From Ignavibacteria bacterium (GTDB lineage Bacteria > Bacteroidota > Ignavibacteria > Kapaibacteriales > Kapaibacteriaceae): a stretch of DNA of 64,000 nt. The DNA lies in NCBI GenBank assembly GCA_016873895.1, contig VGVV01000001.1:80776-144775 (forward strand), in the 5' to 3' direction. The notes beneath the pieces were generated by a model. It was not told the origin of the DNA. It worked only from the letters and a program-made list of their open reading frames with translations, and did no database searches. Positions 1 through 9,909 of the stretch are shown in pieces; position 1 is the first letter of the stretch; every line of letters starts with the position of its first letter. The translations under genes were made by a program, and so were the position numbers.

Positions 1-1314
1 AATGTTCCACTCATAGACCTGTGCACCAGCAAGCATGATGTCGAGAAGGACATCAAGCTGTTTCTTAGTAACTGGAACTGCCAACATCAGCGAGGCCATG
101 TTGGCCACAAGTTTCACTGCGTCGTCGGCATCAGGGAGCTGTTTGGCCATCGCTACGACGTCCGGCGTCAAACTCTTGCCATCAGCGTCGAGCAGCTTTG
201 CCGAGCTTCCGGCCTGACGTCCGTCAATGAATGCTTCGGCAAATCGCTGCCGTTGGGGAAACGTCGAACTGGTGATCCACGCGTGATGCCCCTTCCATCC
301 CTCGACAGTAGGCGGATAGAATGGCTCCTGTGTAAGTTTTGTCATGGTGGCAACTGCGTAGGCTGGCTGCACGCCACGGGCACCCAACACAGATGCGAGG
401 CCAACAACCATCTCTGCCGGACTCTTGATGAGTGCGCCACGAACCGCAGACGAGTAGAAGTACTCTGATGATAGGAGCGTCTGCAGGATCACATTCATGT
501 CGTAGTTCGCATCACGCACGATCTTCTGCAAGTTGCTAACCACCTCGTCTGTTGGATAGAACTCAACGAACTGCTTGATGATGCGTTTGGCAACGTAGCG
601 ACAACACGCGTCGGATTCCAATGTTATGCGCACAACGTCCTTCCAGTCCCAAGAGCCGGTCTTTCCGAGGATGGTCTTTGTTCCCGTATCGGCGAGCTGA
701 CGCGAGTAGACACCCTGAACGCCGTTAATGCGCCAGCCTGTAAATGCGCGCGCTGCTTCGAGTACATCCGATTCTGTGTAATTGCCAATTCCTAGTGTAA
801 ACAACTCGAACCATTCGCGAGCAAAATTCTCATTAGGCCGGCCCTTAACGCTGAGTTCGCCGTTCAGATAGCGCAGCATCGCTGGGTCACCCACCATCTT
901 CTCAGCAAGTGTGGCATAACTCGTTGCATTGCTGCGTATGAGCTTGTGCTGATTAAGAAGCCATTGGGCTATGTAAACGTTGATGTAATCCGATGTAAAA
1001 ATATTGTGCCACATAGACACGAGCTTTTCGTGCACGTGCGGCACCGACAGGACTCGAGACATCCACCATTGCTGCATTTCTGGCCACAAACGAGCATTGG
1101 CCGCAAAGTCCTGGAGGTTGGGCACTGTATTTGCCCAAGCAAGATCTGGCTGGGGCGGAACAGGGTCCGCTAACAGTTTCGCACTTGCCTCGGAAGGGGT
1201 AAGACCCACTAACGCTTTTGTAGCTTGGTACGTCGGATGGTAGGTTGCCCTGCGAAGCAAGTGCACAGCATCTTCCAGCGAGAGCGGCGTTGTTCTAATC
1301 TGTAGAGTTTCCAT
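1..1314 (-). CDS. DUF1800 domain-containing protein, partial (C-terminal end lies beyond the left window edge)
   Basis: Absent from the ORF track because no stop lies inside the window. Reading the reverse complement from ATG 1314..1312 gives an unbroken 438-codon frame to position 1 (METLQIRTTPLSLEDAVHLLRRATYHP...KLVSMWHNIFTSDY...NENFAREWFELFTLGIGNYTESD). The HLLRRA, WHN-F and E-FELFTLG blocks are DUF1800 hallmarks. No competing ORF above 80 aa in 1..1370. Confidence 0.7.
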   Translation of the reverse strand, partial: METLQIRTTPLSLEDAVHLLRRATYHPTYQATKALVGLTPSEASAKLLADPVPPQPDLAWANTVPNLQDFAANARLWPEMQQWWMSRVLSVPHVHEKLVSMWHNIFTSDYINVYIAQWLLNQHKLIRSNATSYATLAEKMVGDPAMLRYLNGELSVKGRPNENFAREWFELFTLGIGNYTESDVLEAARAFTGWRINGVQGVYSRQLADTGTKTILGKTGSWDWKDVVRITLESDACCRYVAKRIIKQFVEFYPTDEVVSNLQKIVRDANYDMNVILQTLLSSEYFYSSAVRGALIKSPAEMVVGLASVLGARGVQPAYAVATMTKLTQEPFYPPTVEGWKGHHAWITSSTFPQRQRFAEAFIDGRQAGSSAKLLDADGKSLTPDVVAMAKQLPDADDAVKLVANMASLMLAVPVTKKQLDVLLDIMLAGAQVYEWNI

Positions 1315-1328
1315 AGCCGCAACATACG

Positions 1329-1336
1329 TACTTTTG
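1329..1336 (+). promoter_or_regulatory. candidate Bacteroidota-type -7 promoter element (TACTTTTG, fits TAnnTTTG)
   Basis: Octamer lies 38 nt upstream of ATG 1374, in the divergent gap between the DUF1800 gene and the YfhO-like gene. No clear TTG at -33. Confidence 0.3.
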
Positions 1337-1373
1337 TCAACCAAAATCACACCGAAGGAAGAGGGTTACATCG

Positions 1374-3896
1374 ATGGCTATACAGCAACCAACATCGTTT
1401 ATTTCTAAGTACGCAGACGTACTTGCCTATGGGGCAATTCTTGTGTCTGTTGTTGCCTTTTTTGCCGATGCTCTCTTTGGCGGCAAGAACTTCATGAGCG
1501 GAGGTGACAACGTTGCCTTTTACTCGTTTGTACCCTATCTCGAGAAAGCAAAAGATGCGGGTGAGTTTCCGTTATGGGTTCCCTACATTTTCAGCGGCAT
1601 GCCATCTTTAGCATCCTTCTTGGCCGCCGGAGACCGCTCTTGGGACTTTATTGGACAGCTGGTCTTTGCATTGCCACGAATGATGGGCGATCTCTTCAAC
1701 AACGACACAGCCCGTCTAGCACTTTGGTACGTGATCTATGGCTGGGGCGTCTACACACTTACTCGTGTTAAGGGGCTCACCAGGCTTATTGGTGTCTTTT
1801 CAGCCATAGCGGCAATATTTAGCACGTTTGTGATCGTCTGGATCATGATCGGACACAGTACGAAGCCTGTATCGATGGCTACATTACCATGGATTCTGCT
1901 GGCACTGGAAAGACTACGCGAGAAGTTTAGTATCGGCAATTTGTTTTTACTCACTCTTCCACTGATCGTGCTCGTTACAGCAACACACCCACAGATGATG
2001 TTCTACATTGGCTGTGGAACAGCCATCTACATGTTGGTTGAGCTGATCACGCGACTGATCACAAACGAAGGTTGGATGGATGTGGTCAAAGCAGGAGCAG
2101 GACTTGTTGTAGCTGCTCTGATAGCTCTGGGTTCACATGCTGATATGTTCATGGCCACGCGCGAGTATACGCCTGAATCTACCCGCGGTTCAGCGCCACT
2201 TGTGCAGTCAACAACCAACACCCAAGACCAGTCTGGTGGGAATGATTATGAGTATGCAACCAACTGGTCGTTTTCACCTGGAGAGATGTTCACATTCCTC
2301 GTTCCAAACTATTACGGCTTCGGAAACACCACCATTAAAACCAGTCGAACAGCTACCCCTCAGCGCGGCAATCTATACTGGGGACAGATGCCGTTTACGG
2401 ATGCTGCCAATTACATGGGAGTGGCAGTACTCGTACTTGGAATCATTGGGATCTGGCATTATCGCTGGGATCCGTTTGTAATCTTTCTGGCCGTTGTAGG
2501 TGTTTTTTCGTTGCTGCTTTCGTTCGGGAAGAACTTCCCATTACTCTATAACATCTTTTACAATGTTGTTCCAGCATTCAACAAGTTCAGAGCCCCCTCC
2601 ATGGCACTCTGCTTACTGCAGTTTGCGTTACCAGTGGCAGCGGGATATGGGCTATCAGCGATCTCTGCATGGGCTTCATCAGAGGCCGGTGGACAGCGCG
2701 GCAAACGCGGAGTTGCTGTGATAGCCGCAGTAGCAATCATGTCGGCTCTTGTATTCTTGGCCGCAAAGGACGAGGGTGACTACAAGGACAATGTTCGCGA
2801 TGCCATCATGGCCAAGCAGAGTGGAAACCCGCAAGCGTCTGTCTCAGATGAGTTTCTTGATATTGTCTACAACGAGATGCATGCAGATGCGATGGTTGCT
2901 GTCTTCTTACTGCTTGCAACAGGTGGTCTCGTTTTCGCTACCTCTCGCGGCGTTATCAAACCGAATGTTGCTGTGATTATGGTGTTGGCCATTACGGTGA
3001 TCGATCTCTACCGCGTAGACAAGCGGCCATACGAGCCACAAAAGGGATCGCCGGAGAAGAATGTGTTTGCAGAGAACGATGTTGTGACGTTCCTCAAGAA
3101 AGAGTCAGCCCCTTACCGCATTTGCGATATCTCGAGCGCGTTTCCTGCCAATTGGTGGGCATATCACTTCATCGAAAGTGTATCGGGTTACTCTTCTGCG
3201 AAACTCCGCGTCTATCAAGACATGCTGGATATAGCAGCACCAGGCACTGGACAAAAACCAGCGCAAGGCAATTCTGCTATACTCAATCCATTTTTATGGA
3301 ATCTGTTCAACGTAAAGTATATCATCTCTGATCGGCCCATCTACCAGGGGGTTGAACCTGCATTCAAATCACAGGAAACACAGTTGCTTGTCTATAAGAA
3401 CGAAGGGGTTCTTCCGCGTGCGTGGTTTGTTGACTCGATCGCTATCCAGTCAGACAAGCGTGTTCTACTCGAGCAGCTTCGCGACGGTAGGTTTAATGCA
3501 CGCCGCAAAGCACTGGTTGAATCGTCATTCGATGGCATGAACTCCTGTGGCTCCGATACTATGTCCACAGCCCAAGTTGTAGACCGCGGCAATCAGAAGC
3601 TAACGATCAAGGCCACCACAGCAGCCAAGCAATTGCTTGTTGTGAGTGAAGTTTTTTACGATGAATGGCACGTCTACATTGATGGAAACGAAGCGCCAAT
3701 TGTTAAGACGAATTTCTTGCTGCGTGGGGTAGTTGTTCCACCAGGGACGCACATGGTAGAATTCAGATATCAAAGTCCTGCCTTTGAAACAGGACGTACA
3801 ATTAGCATTGCTTCAAACATTGCTACCTCGTTACTTGGCTTGGGTGCACTTGGCATATGTTTGATGGCACGGCAACGGAGCAAACAACAAGCATGA
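1374..3896 (+). CDS. YfhO-like polytopic membrane protein (putative glycosyl/lipid-carrier transferase family)
   Basis: 840 aa with many predicted TM helices in the N-terminal two thirds and a soluble C-terminal part ending in one TM. The N-terminal block GGKNFMSGGDNVAFYSFVPYLEKAKDAGEFPLWVPYIFSGMP resembles YfhO-family proteins. Family call is from memory of the pattern only. Confidence 0.5.
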   Translation: MAIQQPTSFISKYADVLAYGAILVSVVAFFADALFGGKNFMSGGDNVAFYSFVPYLEKAKDAGEFPLWVPYIFSGMPSLASFLAAGDRSWDFIGQLVFALPRMMGDLFNNDTARLALWYVIYGWGVYTLTRVKGLTRLIGVFSAIAAIFSTFVIVWIMIGHSTKPVSMATLPWILLALERLREKFSIGNLFLLTLPLIVLVTATHPQMMFYIGCGTAIYMLVELITRLITNEGWMDVVKAGAGLVVAALIALGSHADMFMATREYTPESTRGSAPLVQSTTNTQDQSGGNDYEYATNWSFSPGEMFTFLVPNYYGFGNTTIKTSRTATPQRGNLYWGQMPFTDAANYMGVAVLVLGIIGIWHYRWDPFVIFLAVVGVFSLLLSFGKNFPLLYNIFYNVVPAFNKFRAPSMALCLLQFALPVAAGYGLSAISAWASSEAGGQRGKRGVAVIAAVAIMSALVFLAAKDEGDYKDNVRDAIMAKQSGNPQASVSDEFLDIVYNEMHADAMVAVFLLLATGGLVFATSRGVIKPNVAVIMVLAITVIDLYRVDKRPYEPQKGSPEKNVFAENDVVTFLKKESAPYRICDISSAFPANWWAYHFIESVSGYSSAKLRVYQDMLDIAAPGTGQKPAQGNSAILNPFLWNLFNVKYIISDRPIYQGVEPAFKSQETQLLVYKNEGVLPRAWFVDSIAIQSDKRVLLEQLRDGRFNARRKALVESSFDGMNSCGSDTMSTAQVVDRGNQKLTIKATTAAKQLLVVSEVFYDEWHVYIDGNEAPIVKTNFLLRGVVVPPGTHMVEFRYQSPAFETGRTISIASNIATSLLGLGALGICLMARQRSKQQA

Positions 3897-4492
3897 GCAA
3901 TGAACTTGAATCGATTTGCAAAGCATCTATAAAGAGCTGTGGCTACCTTGAGTTTGATGCCGCTACTCTAGCCTCCATGACGCCGGAAGATGCAGCTCAG
4001 GTGTATGCAGCATTCGGATCTCGTTATCTGCTAAAGCTCCCTAGCCACGAGATCGCATTTCAGGAGTGGCTGCGTATTGCAGATCCTGCCGTGTGGAAGG
4101 ATCTATGGGAAGATCAGCCAGATACCGCCTACCTTGTATCGGTGCTCTTCCTGCAAGACTTTGTAGGGGGCAAGCAGAGTGGCGCATTTTTGATTTGCGA
4201 CCTTCAAACGACTGATAACTATTATTTCACCCCAGACATGCTTCTTGAGAAAGAGTCAACAGATTTTGTTGAGGCTGTCCGTGAGAGATTTTTGGCTGGT
4301 GGCAATATGACAGTTGAGCAGGCAATAACCGTGGAGATGTCTGCTGGCCCAATGGACATCTGGCACTTCGCCTATCTACGTAATGTCGAGCTTGATAGAG
4401 CAAAGAAGGCCGTGGCATCACTGGTCGAAGACAGGATCATAGTACACGTGCCCAAAGCTGAGCATCTTTCGTCATTTTTCGACGTTGGCTAA
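3893..4492 (+). CDS. hypothetical cytoplasmic protein
   Basis: Track ORF starts at 3857, but ATG 3893 overlaps the upstream stop (ATGA at 3893..3896), giving MSNELESICK... (199 aa). No TM segment, signal peptide or recognisable motif. lysC starts 3 nt after its stop. Confidence 0.5.
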   Translation: MSNELESICKASIKSCGYLEFDAATLASMTPEDAAQVYAAFGSRYLLKLPSHEIAFQEWLRIADPAVWKDLWEDQPDTAYLVSVLFLQDFVGGKQSGAFLICDLQTTDNYYFTPDMLLEKESTDFVEAVRERFLAGGNMTVEQAITVEMSAGPMDIWHFAYLRNVELDRAKKAVASLVEDRIIVHVPKAEHLSSFFDVG

Positions 4493-4495
4493 ACC

Positions 4496-5806
4496 ATGAT
4501 TGTGATGAAGTTTGGTGGAACCTCTGTTGCCAATTCCGATGCACTGCGTCGTGTGGCCGCAATAGTTACGTCGCACGCACCACAACATCACGGAACCGTG
4601 GTAGTGCTATCTGCAACATCAGGCACAACAACAAGACTTTTACAGCTGGCTGCAGATGCCGCTACTGGGTCCAATACCGACGATGCATTTGATACGATCT
4701 CACAGCAGCACCTTACGATTGCGCGCGAGCTCGGAGTAGATCACGAGCCTACAGCAGAACTCCTCAAGCAGCTTTATCAGCATATAGACGCAGCACGAAC
4801 ACTTAAGGAATGTCCACCCCAAAGTCTAGATGCTGTGGCGGCTTTTGGCGAACTGTTGAGCACAACGGTTTTTCATCAGTACCTGCTGAGCATGTATGCA
4901 AACATTGCATTTGTCGATGCTCGTGCTTGTGTAGTAACAGACGATTCGTATACATGCGGCAAGGTTGATGTTGTAGCTACTGCTACACAGACAAAGCAGC
5001 AAATACATCCGTATTTACGACAAGGCAGTGTTATTGTTACGCAGGGTTTCATTGCAGCCACTGTAGATGGAATCACAACTACTCTTGGTCGTGGTGGATC
5101 AGATTACTCGGCGTCCGTGCTGGGAAGTGCACTCGATGCACAAGAGATTCAGATTTGGACAGATGTTAGTGGTGTCTATACATGCGATCCACGCATCGTG
5201 GCCGCAGCTCGCCCCCTTGAATCGATCTCGTTTGAAAGTATACGGCTCTTGTCGCGATACGGTGCAAAGGTGCTTCATCCCGAAACCGTTGTACCTGCTA
5301 TTCGCGCCGGCATACCCGTGCGAGTGCTCAATACCTTTAGCCCCGATGAAACTGGTACGGTGATTACGGCAGAATCACAAAGAGACCATGCAGTTTTGGC
5401 TATTGCGCTTACGCAACCATGCTTTAGAATTCAGACTGATGGTGATGGCTATGATGCGTTGATGTCTATCGATTTTATACGACATCATGTTTCACTGGCT
5501 ACAATAACCCGCAGTGGGAACACGATTGTTGTTCATACGCCAGATAGTGCTGTTCAACGAGCCATCGATGTTGCTGCTGTCGGTTGCAGATTCGATTGCG
5601 ACGAGGTGGCATGTATCGCTGTGGTAGGAGCGCGTGTTACAGAACCGGCTGTTGTACAATCAATAGTCGAGTGCCTTCAATCGTTTCCGAATTGCACGAT
5701 GAGTACATTGATGCAACCATCATGTGTACTGATAACTGTTGAACTCGACATAGCCATGCAAGCTTGCAATGCGCTTCACGCGCTTGTCTCGTCGCCCTCG
5801 TCATAA
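4496..5806 (+). CDS. lysC: aspartate kinase (monofunctional, with C-terminal ACT region)
   Basis: N-terminal MKFGGTSV aspartokinase signature, central ITTLGRGGSDYSA block, 436 aa. Confidence 0.9.
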   Translation: MIVMKFGGTSVANSDALRRVAAIVTSHAPQHHGTVVVLSATSGTTTRLLQLAADAATGSNTDDAFDTISQQHLTIARELGVDHEPTAELLKQLYQHIDAARTLKECPPQSLDAVAAFGELLSTTVFHQYLLSMYANIAFVDARACVVTDDSYTCGKVDVVATATQTKQQIHPYLRQGSVIVTQGFIAATVDGITTTLGRGGSDYSASVLGSALDAQEIQIWTDVSGVYTCDPRIVAAARPLESISFESIRLLSRYGAKVLHPETVVPAIRAGIPVRVLNTFSPDETGTVITAESQRDHAVLAIALTQPCFRIQTDGDGYDALMSIDFIRHHVSLATITRSGNTIVVHTPDSAVQRAIDVAAVGCRFDCDEVACIAVVGARVTEPAVVQSIVECLQSFPNCTMSTLMQPSCVLITVELDIAMQACNALHALVSSPSS

Positions 5807-6426
5807 GCCTCTTGAAGAGCAGTACGCACCGGTTCGATGTGACGTAAAAACTGAGCAAATGCTACACCGGCTACCATGATGCGGAACTCCGTAACATCCC
5901 AGCATGGCGTTAGCATTGTTACGTGTAGCGCACTATTAGGAAGGCTCCATATAAGGCCTGTAGAACCTATTATGGCGGTCATGCAGGCGATATGCAGATT
6001 TCGACGGATTACATAGTACCCTGTTAGGTAGGAGATTCCCCAAAGAATCAGCGGCAATGGGTTTACAAGTGCGTATACGCCAACAGCAGTAGCTAGTCCG
6101 CGACCACCCTTGAAGGCGAGAAAGACACCGTAGTTATGCCCAAACACCACAGCTACCCCGGCCCAAGCTACCGCAGCGAACCAATCTCCATGCAACTGTT
6201 TTGCAATAACAATAGCGACAAGGCCTTTTACTGCGTCCAGCACGCCAACGAGGATTGCAGCCCACTTGCTACTTCCTACATCCCAGAGATTGCGGGCACC
6301 AATGTTTCCTGTACCCTCTCTGCGCAGGTCGTTGCTACCCGGCTGAAGCTTACGAACGATCCATGATGTTGGGATACCACCAAGCACAAAACATGCAGCG
6401 GCTAGGGCGAGAAGTCCAAGATTCAT
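5776..6426 (-). CDS. plsY: glycerol-3-phosphate acyltransferase PlsY
   Basis: GTGNIGARN and FGHNYGVFLAFKGGRGLATAVG motifs, multi-TM. Start re-called to MNLGLLAL... because ATG 6426..6424 overlaps the maf stop (ATGA). The 3' end overlaps convergent lysC by 31 nt. Confidence 0.85.
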   Translation of the reverse strand: MNLGLLALAAACFVLGGIPTSWIVRKLQPGSNDLRREGTGNIGARNLWDVGSSKWAAILVGVLDAVKGLVAIVIAKQLHGDWFAAVAWAGVAVVFGHNYGVFLAFKGGRGLATAVGVYALVNPLPLILWGISYLTGYYVIRRNLHIACMTAIIGSTGLIWSLPNSALHVTMLTPCWDVTEFRIMVAGVAFAQFLRHIEPVRTALQEAYDEGDETSA

Positions 6427-7043
6427 ACAAGCTCCTTCACAAACTGACGCAGTTCGATGTACAGTAACTCTAGGGGCAGTCCCACAATAGTATAATAGCA
6501 ACCGTCAACGCGGTGAACAAACATTGCCCCAAAGTCATCTTGAATGCCATATGCACCAGCTTTGTCAAGGGGCGAACCAGAGCTGATATATGCATGTATC
6601 TCGTCGTCACTAAGGTCTCGAAATGTCACATGTGTATGCCGCGACGATATGCGCTTTCGCATAGAGGATGCAGATACATGCACCAGAGCAAGCCCAGTGA
6701 AAACGGTATGCGTGCGCCCGCTGAGAGCGCGCAGCATTCGATATGCGTCGTCGTTGTCGGCAGGCTTGTTAAGCACTTGGCCATCGAGCACTACCGTTGT
6801 GTCACTACCAATCACAATTGCATCATCGGCGCATAGTGCGCAAGCAGCTGTAGCTTTTAGCAAGGCCAAATGTTCAACGTACGCACTGGGCTCAATAGTT
6901 GTTGGGACGCTGTCTTCGTCAACATTGGGAACTACCGTTTCGAACGTAAAACCAACATGCCGCATCAGCGTATTGCGTCGAGGAGACTGTGACGCAAGCA
7001 CCAAGCGGCATGGAAGATTGAGTAGCGTATTTAAGGAAATCAT
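6423..7043 (-). CDS. maf: Maf-like nucleoside triphosphate pyrophosphatase
   Basis: LVLASQSPRR near the N-terminus and the KAGAYGIQD block. 206 aa. Confidence 0.85.
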   Translation of the reverse strand: MISLNTLLNLPCRLVLASQSPRRNTLMRHVGFTFETVVPNVDEDSVPTTIEPSAYVEHLALLKATAACALCADDAIVIGSDTTVVLDGQVLNKPADNDDAYRMLRALSGRTHTVFTGLALVHVSASSMRKRISSRHTHVTFRDLSDDEIHAYISSGSPLDKAGAYGIQDDFGAMFVHRVDGCYYTIVGLPLELLYIELRQFVKELV

Positions 7044-7067
7044 ACGCTGCGAACTTACAGAATCAGA

Positions 7068-7601
7068 CTACTGGGCAAGCGCCTTTTCGACGTCGGCGAT
7101 TACATTAGCTGCCATTGGGTCAACTCCACTCTTGTAACGAGCGATGATCTTGCCGTCTTTGCCAATCAGGAACTTCTCGAAATTCCATCCGATTTCACCG
7201 GCTAAGGCAGTATTACCGCCACCAGCAGTCAAAAACTCATATACAGGGGCCTTGTCGCTACCTTTAACAGAAATCTTTGCAGCCATCGGGAACGACACGC
7301 CATACTTGGCCGAGCAGAACTGCTTGATTTCATCATTCGTACCTGGCTCTTGAGCGCCAAAGTCATTAGCTGGGAAACCCAGTACTACGAGCCCTTTGTC
7401 TTTGTATTGCTCATAAAGCTTTTCAAGCGGACCGTATTGCTTTGTGTAGCCACAGAAAGAGGCTACGTTCACAACCATTACAACTTTGCCTTTGTACTCC
7501 GATAGTAACATGTCTGTACCGTCGATTGACTTTACACTGTAATCGTGAAAAGAGGTGCTCATGGTAATTAGTGCCAGTAGTGAGATGAATAACGTTTTCA
7601 T
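7068..7601 (-). CDS. glutathione peroxidase family protein (Cys-type) with N-terminal signal-like segment
   Basis: NVASFCGYTKQY, LGFPANDFGAQEPG and WNFEKFLIGKDG motifs. The catalytic position is Cys with no in-frame TGA. The start overlaps the upstream stop (ATGA 7598..7601). Confidence 0.85.
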   Translation of the reverse strand: MKTLFISLLALITMSTSFHDYSVKSIDGTDMLLSEYKGKVVMVVNVASFCGYTKQYGPLEKLYEQYKDKGLVVLGFPANDFGAQEPGTNDEIKQFCSAKYGVSFPMAAKISVKGSDKAPVYEFLTAGGGNTALAGEIGWNFEKFLIGKDGKIIARYKSGVDPMAANVIADVEKALAQ

Positions 7602-8176
7602 TGCATATCCTTTATGAGTGTGCGCTTGTTAACAATGAAAACCACCGGAGGATTCCCGCGTTGATTAACAAAGTTGGTTTCCATGCACGTCCAGCTGGCC
7701 TGCGGCAGACAGGTAAGTAGGTCACGTATTGCTTGAAGCTCCAGTTCGCCGTCACTGTGGCGATAACAAACGACTGTTACAACGCCACCGATGCGTACAA
7801 GCGACATAGCCCTCTGCATAGCAGAGAGCGTGGTTGATGGTTGTGTTGTTATAGACTTGTTGCCCCCGGGCAAATAGCCAAGGTTGAATGTGACGGCCGC
7901 AACATTGCCGTGATGCTCCTGAGCCAGATGCATATGCATGTTCTCATGCCCATCACAGATTATTCGCGTATCGGCATGGACATCCCCAAGCAGGCCCTTT
8001 GTCATTGCGATTGCAGACTCTTGAACATCAAAACCATATACGATCCCACTGTTGCCGACCAGTTGGGCCAAGAATACCGCATCGTGTCCGTTACCAACGG
8101 TGGCGTCTACCACGACATCACCCTTCTGCACGATACACGTCAGCAAACGATGTACGTAACTATTCGCATTGTCCAT
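7598..8176 (-). CDS. mnmM: YtqB/MnmM-family SAM-dependent methyltransferase (tRNA mnm5s2U34 methyltransferase-like)
   Basis: VVDATVGNGHDAVFLAQLV...VYGFDVQESAI...DGHENM...FNLGYLPGGNKSITT...NQRGNPP aligns block for block with my memory of B. subtilis YtqB. Confidence 0.75.
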   Translation of the reverse strand: MDNANSYVHRLLTCIVQKGDVVVDATVGNGHDAVFLAQLVGNSGIVYGFDVQESAIAMTKGLLGDVHADTRIICDGHENMHMHLAQEHHGNVAAVTFNLGYLPGGNKSITTQPSTTLSAMQRAMSLVRIGGVVTVVCYRHSDGELELQAIRDLLTCLPQASWTCMETNFVNQRGNPPVVFIVNKRTLIKDMQ

Positions 8177-8179
8177 GTA

Positions 8180-9184
8180 TCACCCCTTCCACCACCGTAC
8201 ACAGTCGATCTCGGGGTCAAGGGGCACCCCATGCAACATATGAGCCAACAGTTGTTGTGCAGCCCACGGACCCTGCAGAGCCCCTTTTGTGCCAAGTCCG
8301 TTGAAGATGTAGTGTTGAAGATGCTCTGGATGACGTCCGACAAGTGGACGTTTAAACTGCGTGGACGGCCTAATTGCGGCGCGGTGCCCCAGGACTGTAA
8401 TCTCCTTGCTAGTCATAAGGCGTGCTTGCTCTAGGAGGTACTCTCTGCCCTTTGCCGTTGGTGACGGATCATGATCATCCCAATCGTTTGTAGCACCTAT
8501 GCGAAATCTACCATTAACACGAACACCGCTTTCCAAAACTGGAAGTATCCATGTACCATTGGTAAGTATAACATCGATATCTAGGTCTTTAATCTCGACA
8601 TCAAGAATCTCGCCCTTCGATGGCTCAATCGGCAACCAATTCCATAACTCATGATGCAGTGCCCGATATCCAGTACACCAGATAATATGTTTCGCATCAG
8701 CTGGAATACTGGAGGTAAACTCAACATGTGATTTCATGTGTTCTATGAACGCAGCTAGGTCAACGGTTGCAACTCCCGCATGTTCGAACCCACCATTCGG
8801 ATATGTAGTGCCATCATGCATACCCGGCTGGATTGAGCGCACATCGAGGTGATCAAACTCTCCACGGCTAGTGCGTTCCTGGAACCATAACTGCATTTGC
8901 GGCTCACGAAAAATCCTCCGTAGCATCCAATCGTGCCAGATGTCACGTCCTACCTGGCGAGAAACATCGTTATAAACTTGGCGAGCAATCGCAGCGAGTT
9001 CTGGTCCACGCCATGTGGGCTTTAACCTCTTTCCGGTAATCGGTGTTATCATTCCTGCTGCTACGCGCGACGAGCTGTGATCGTCGGCTGCATCTTGCAC
9101 GGTTACCTGATAGCCCTCGAGCAGGAGCTCACGTGCCAGAAGTGCACCTGCGATTCCGAAGCCAACGATATGAGCGTGCTTCAT
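8180..9184 (-). CDS. FAD-dependent oxidoreductase, DAO / MnmC-oxidase-domain-like
   Basis: N-terminal Rossmann motif IVGFGIAGALLA...V.D, C-terminal RP....P.VG...NGLGTKGAL block typical of the DAO family. 334 aa. Confidence 0.65.
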   Translation of the reverse strand: MKHAHIVGFGIAGALLARELLLEGYQVTVQDAADDHSSSRVAAGMITPITGKRLKPTWRGPELAAIARQVYNDVSRQVGRDIWHDWMLRRIFREPQMQLWFQERTSRGEFDHLDVRSIQPGMHDGTTYPNGGFEHAGVATVDLAAFIEHMKSHVEFTSSIPADAKHIIWCTGYRALHHELWNWLPIEPSKGEILDVEIKDLDIDVILTNGTWILPVLESGVRVNGRFRIGATNDWDDHDPSPTAKGREYLLEQARLMTSKEITVLGHRAAIRPSTQFKRPLVGRHPEHLQHYIFNGLGTKGALQGPWAAQQLLAHMLHGVPLDPEIDCVRWWKG

Positions 9185-9909
9185 ACGAACTTTCCAGCAA
9201 GATCTCTAATCACGACGCTCGCGCATGCCCCGCCAAACGCAGCAGGGATGTATGGTACGGTGCCAAAGGCAGACTTCTTATTGTTAGCGCCATCGGTAAA
9301 CATGAGAGAGCCGTGCTCTGTTTCTTCGAGCGAGTATACGGCTGTGATACCTTCGTAGATACCAACACGATGCAGGCGCTTGCGCACGAATCGTGCAAGC
9401 GGACACTTCTGTGATTGTGAGATGTCGGCAACGCGAATCATTGTTGGGTCCATCTTGCCCCCTGCTCCCATAGAGCTAACTGTGCGGAAGCCCAGACGAT
9501 AGGATGCATGGAGTAGAGCAACTTTGGGAGCAAGTGAATCAATAGCATCAACCACGTAGTCATACGAGCCTGCTAGAAGCCGCTCAACTGTTTGCGGCGT
9601 AACGAACTCGCGTATAACGGTCAGCTGCAGATCCTGGTTGATGTCGCGTAGCCGCTCGCGCATTACCTCTGTTTTGAATCTACCCTCGGTACTTTGAAGC
9701 GCCGGCAGCTGTCTATTTCTGTTGGACGGATCTACGACGTCGGCGTCTACAATGGTCATGCGCCCGATACCCGCACGTGCAATAAACTCCGCTGCAAATG
9801 AGCCTACGCCGCCAAGGCCTACAACCAGAACATGCTTCTGAGCAAACGCTTCAACAGCATCATCACCAAGAAGTAGCCTCGTGCGGGAGGTCCATCCAGC
9901 ATCTGTCAT
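9181..9909 (-). CDS. tcdA: tRNA threonylcarbamoyladenosine dehydratase (ThiF/E1-like)
   Basis: VLVVGLGGVGSFAAEFIARAGIGRMTIVDADVVDPSNRNRQ. Start re-called to ATG 9909 (MTDAGW...), which overlaps the tatD stop as ATGA. The track start at 9951 would overlap tatD by 46 nt. Confidence 0.8.
   Translation of the reverse strand: MTDAGWTSRTRLLLGDDAVEAFAQKHVLVVGLGGVGSFAAEFIARAGIGRMTIVDADVVDPSNRNRQLPALQSTEGRFKTEVMRERLRDINQDLQLTVIREFVTPQTVERLLAGSYDYVVDAIDSLAPKVALLHASYRLGFRTVSSMGAGGKMDPTMIRVADISQSQKCPLARFVRKRLHRVGIYEGITAVYSLEETEHGSLMFTDGANNKKSAFGTVPYIPAAFGGACASVVIRDLAGKFV

Noticed and set aside
6544-7137. Long antisense ORFs opposite confidently called genes: 6544..7137, 7841..8434, 24482..25042, 35042..35638, 45889..46398, 47430..47936, 53450..53935, 54565..55116 and 57212..57700.
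   Set aside because: Each lies opposite a gene with clear family motifs. None has a recognisable motif, and all have skewed composition.
7068-7601. Possible selenocysteine (in-frame TGA) in the glutathione peroxidase and in the ArsS Cys-rich tail (24086..25141).
   Set aside because: Both ORFs are uninterrupted and have Cys at the positions where selenoprotein versions carry Sec.
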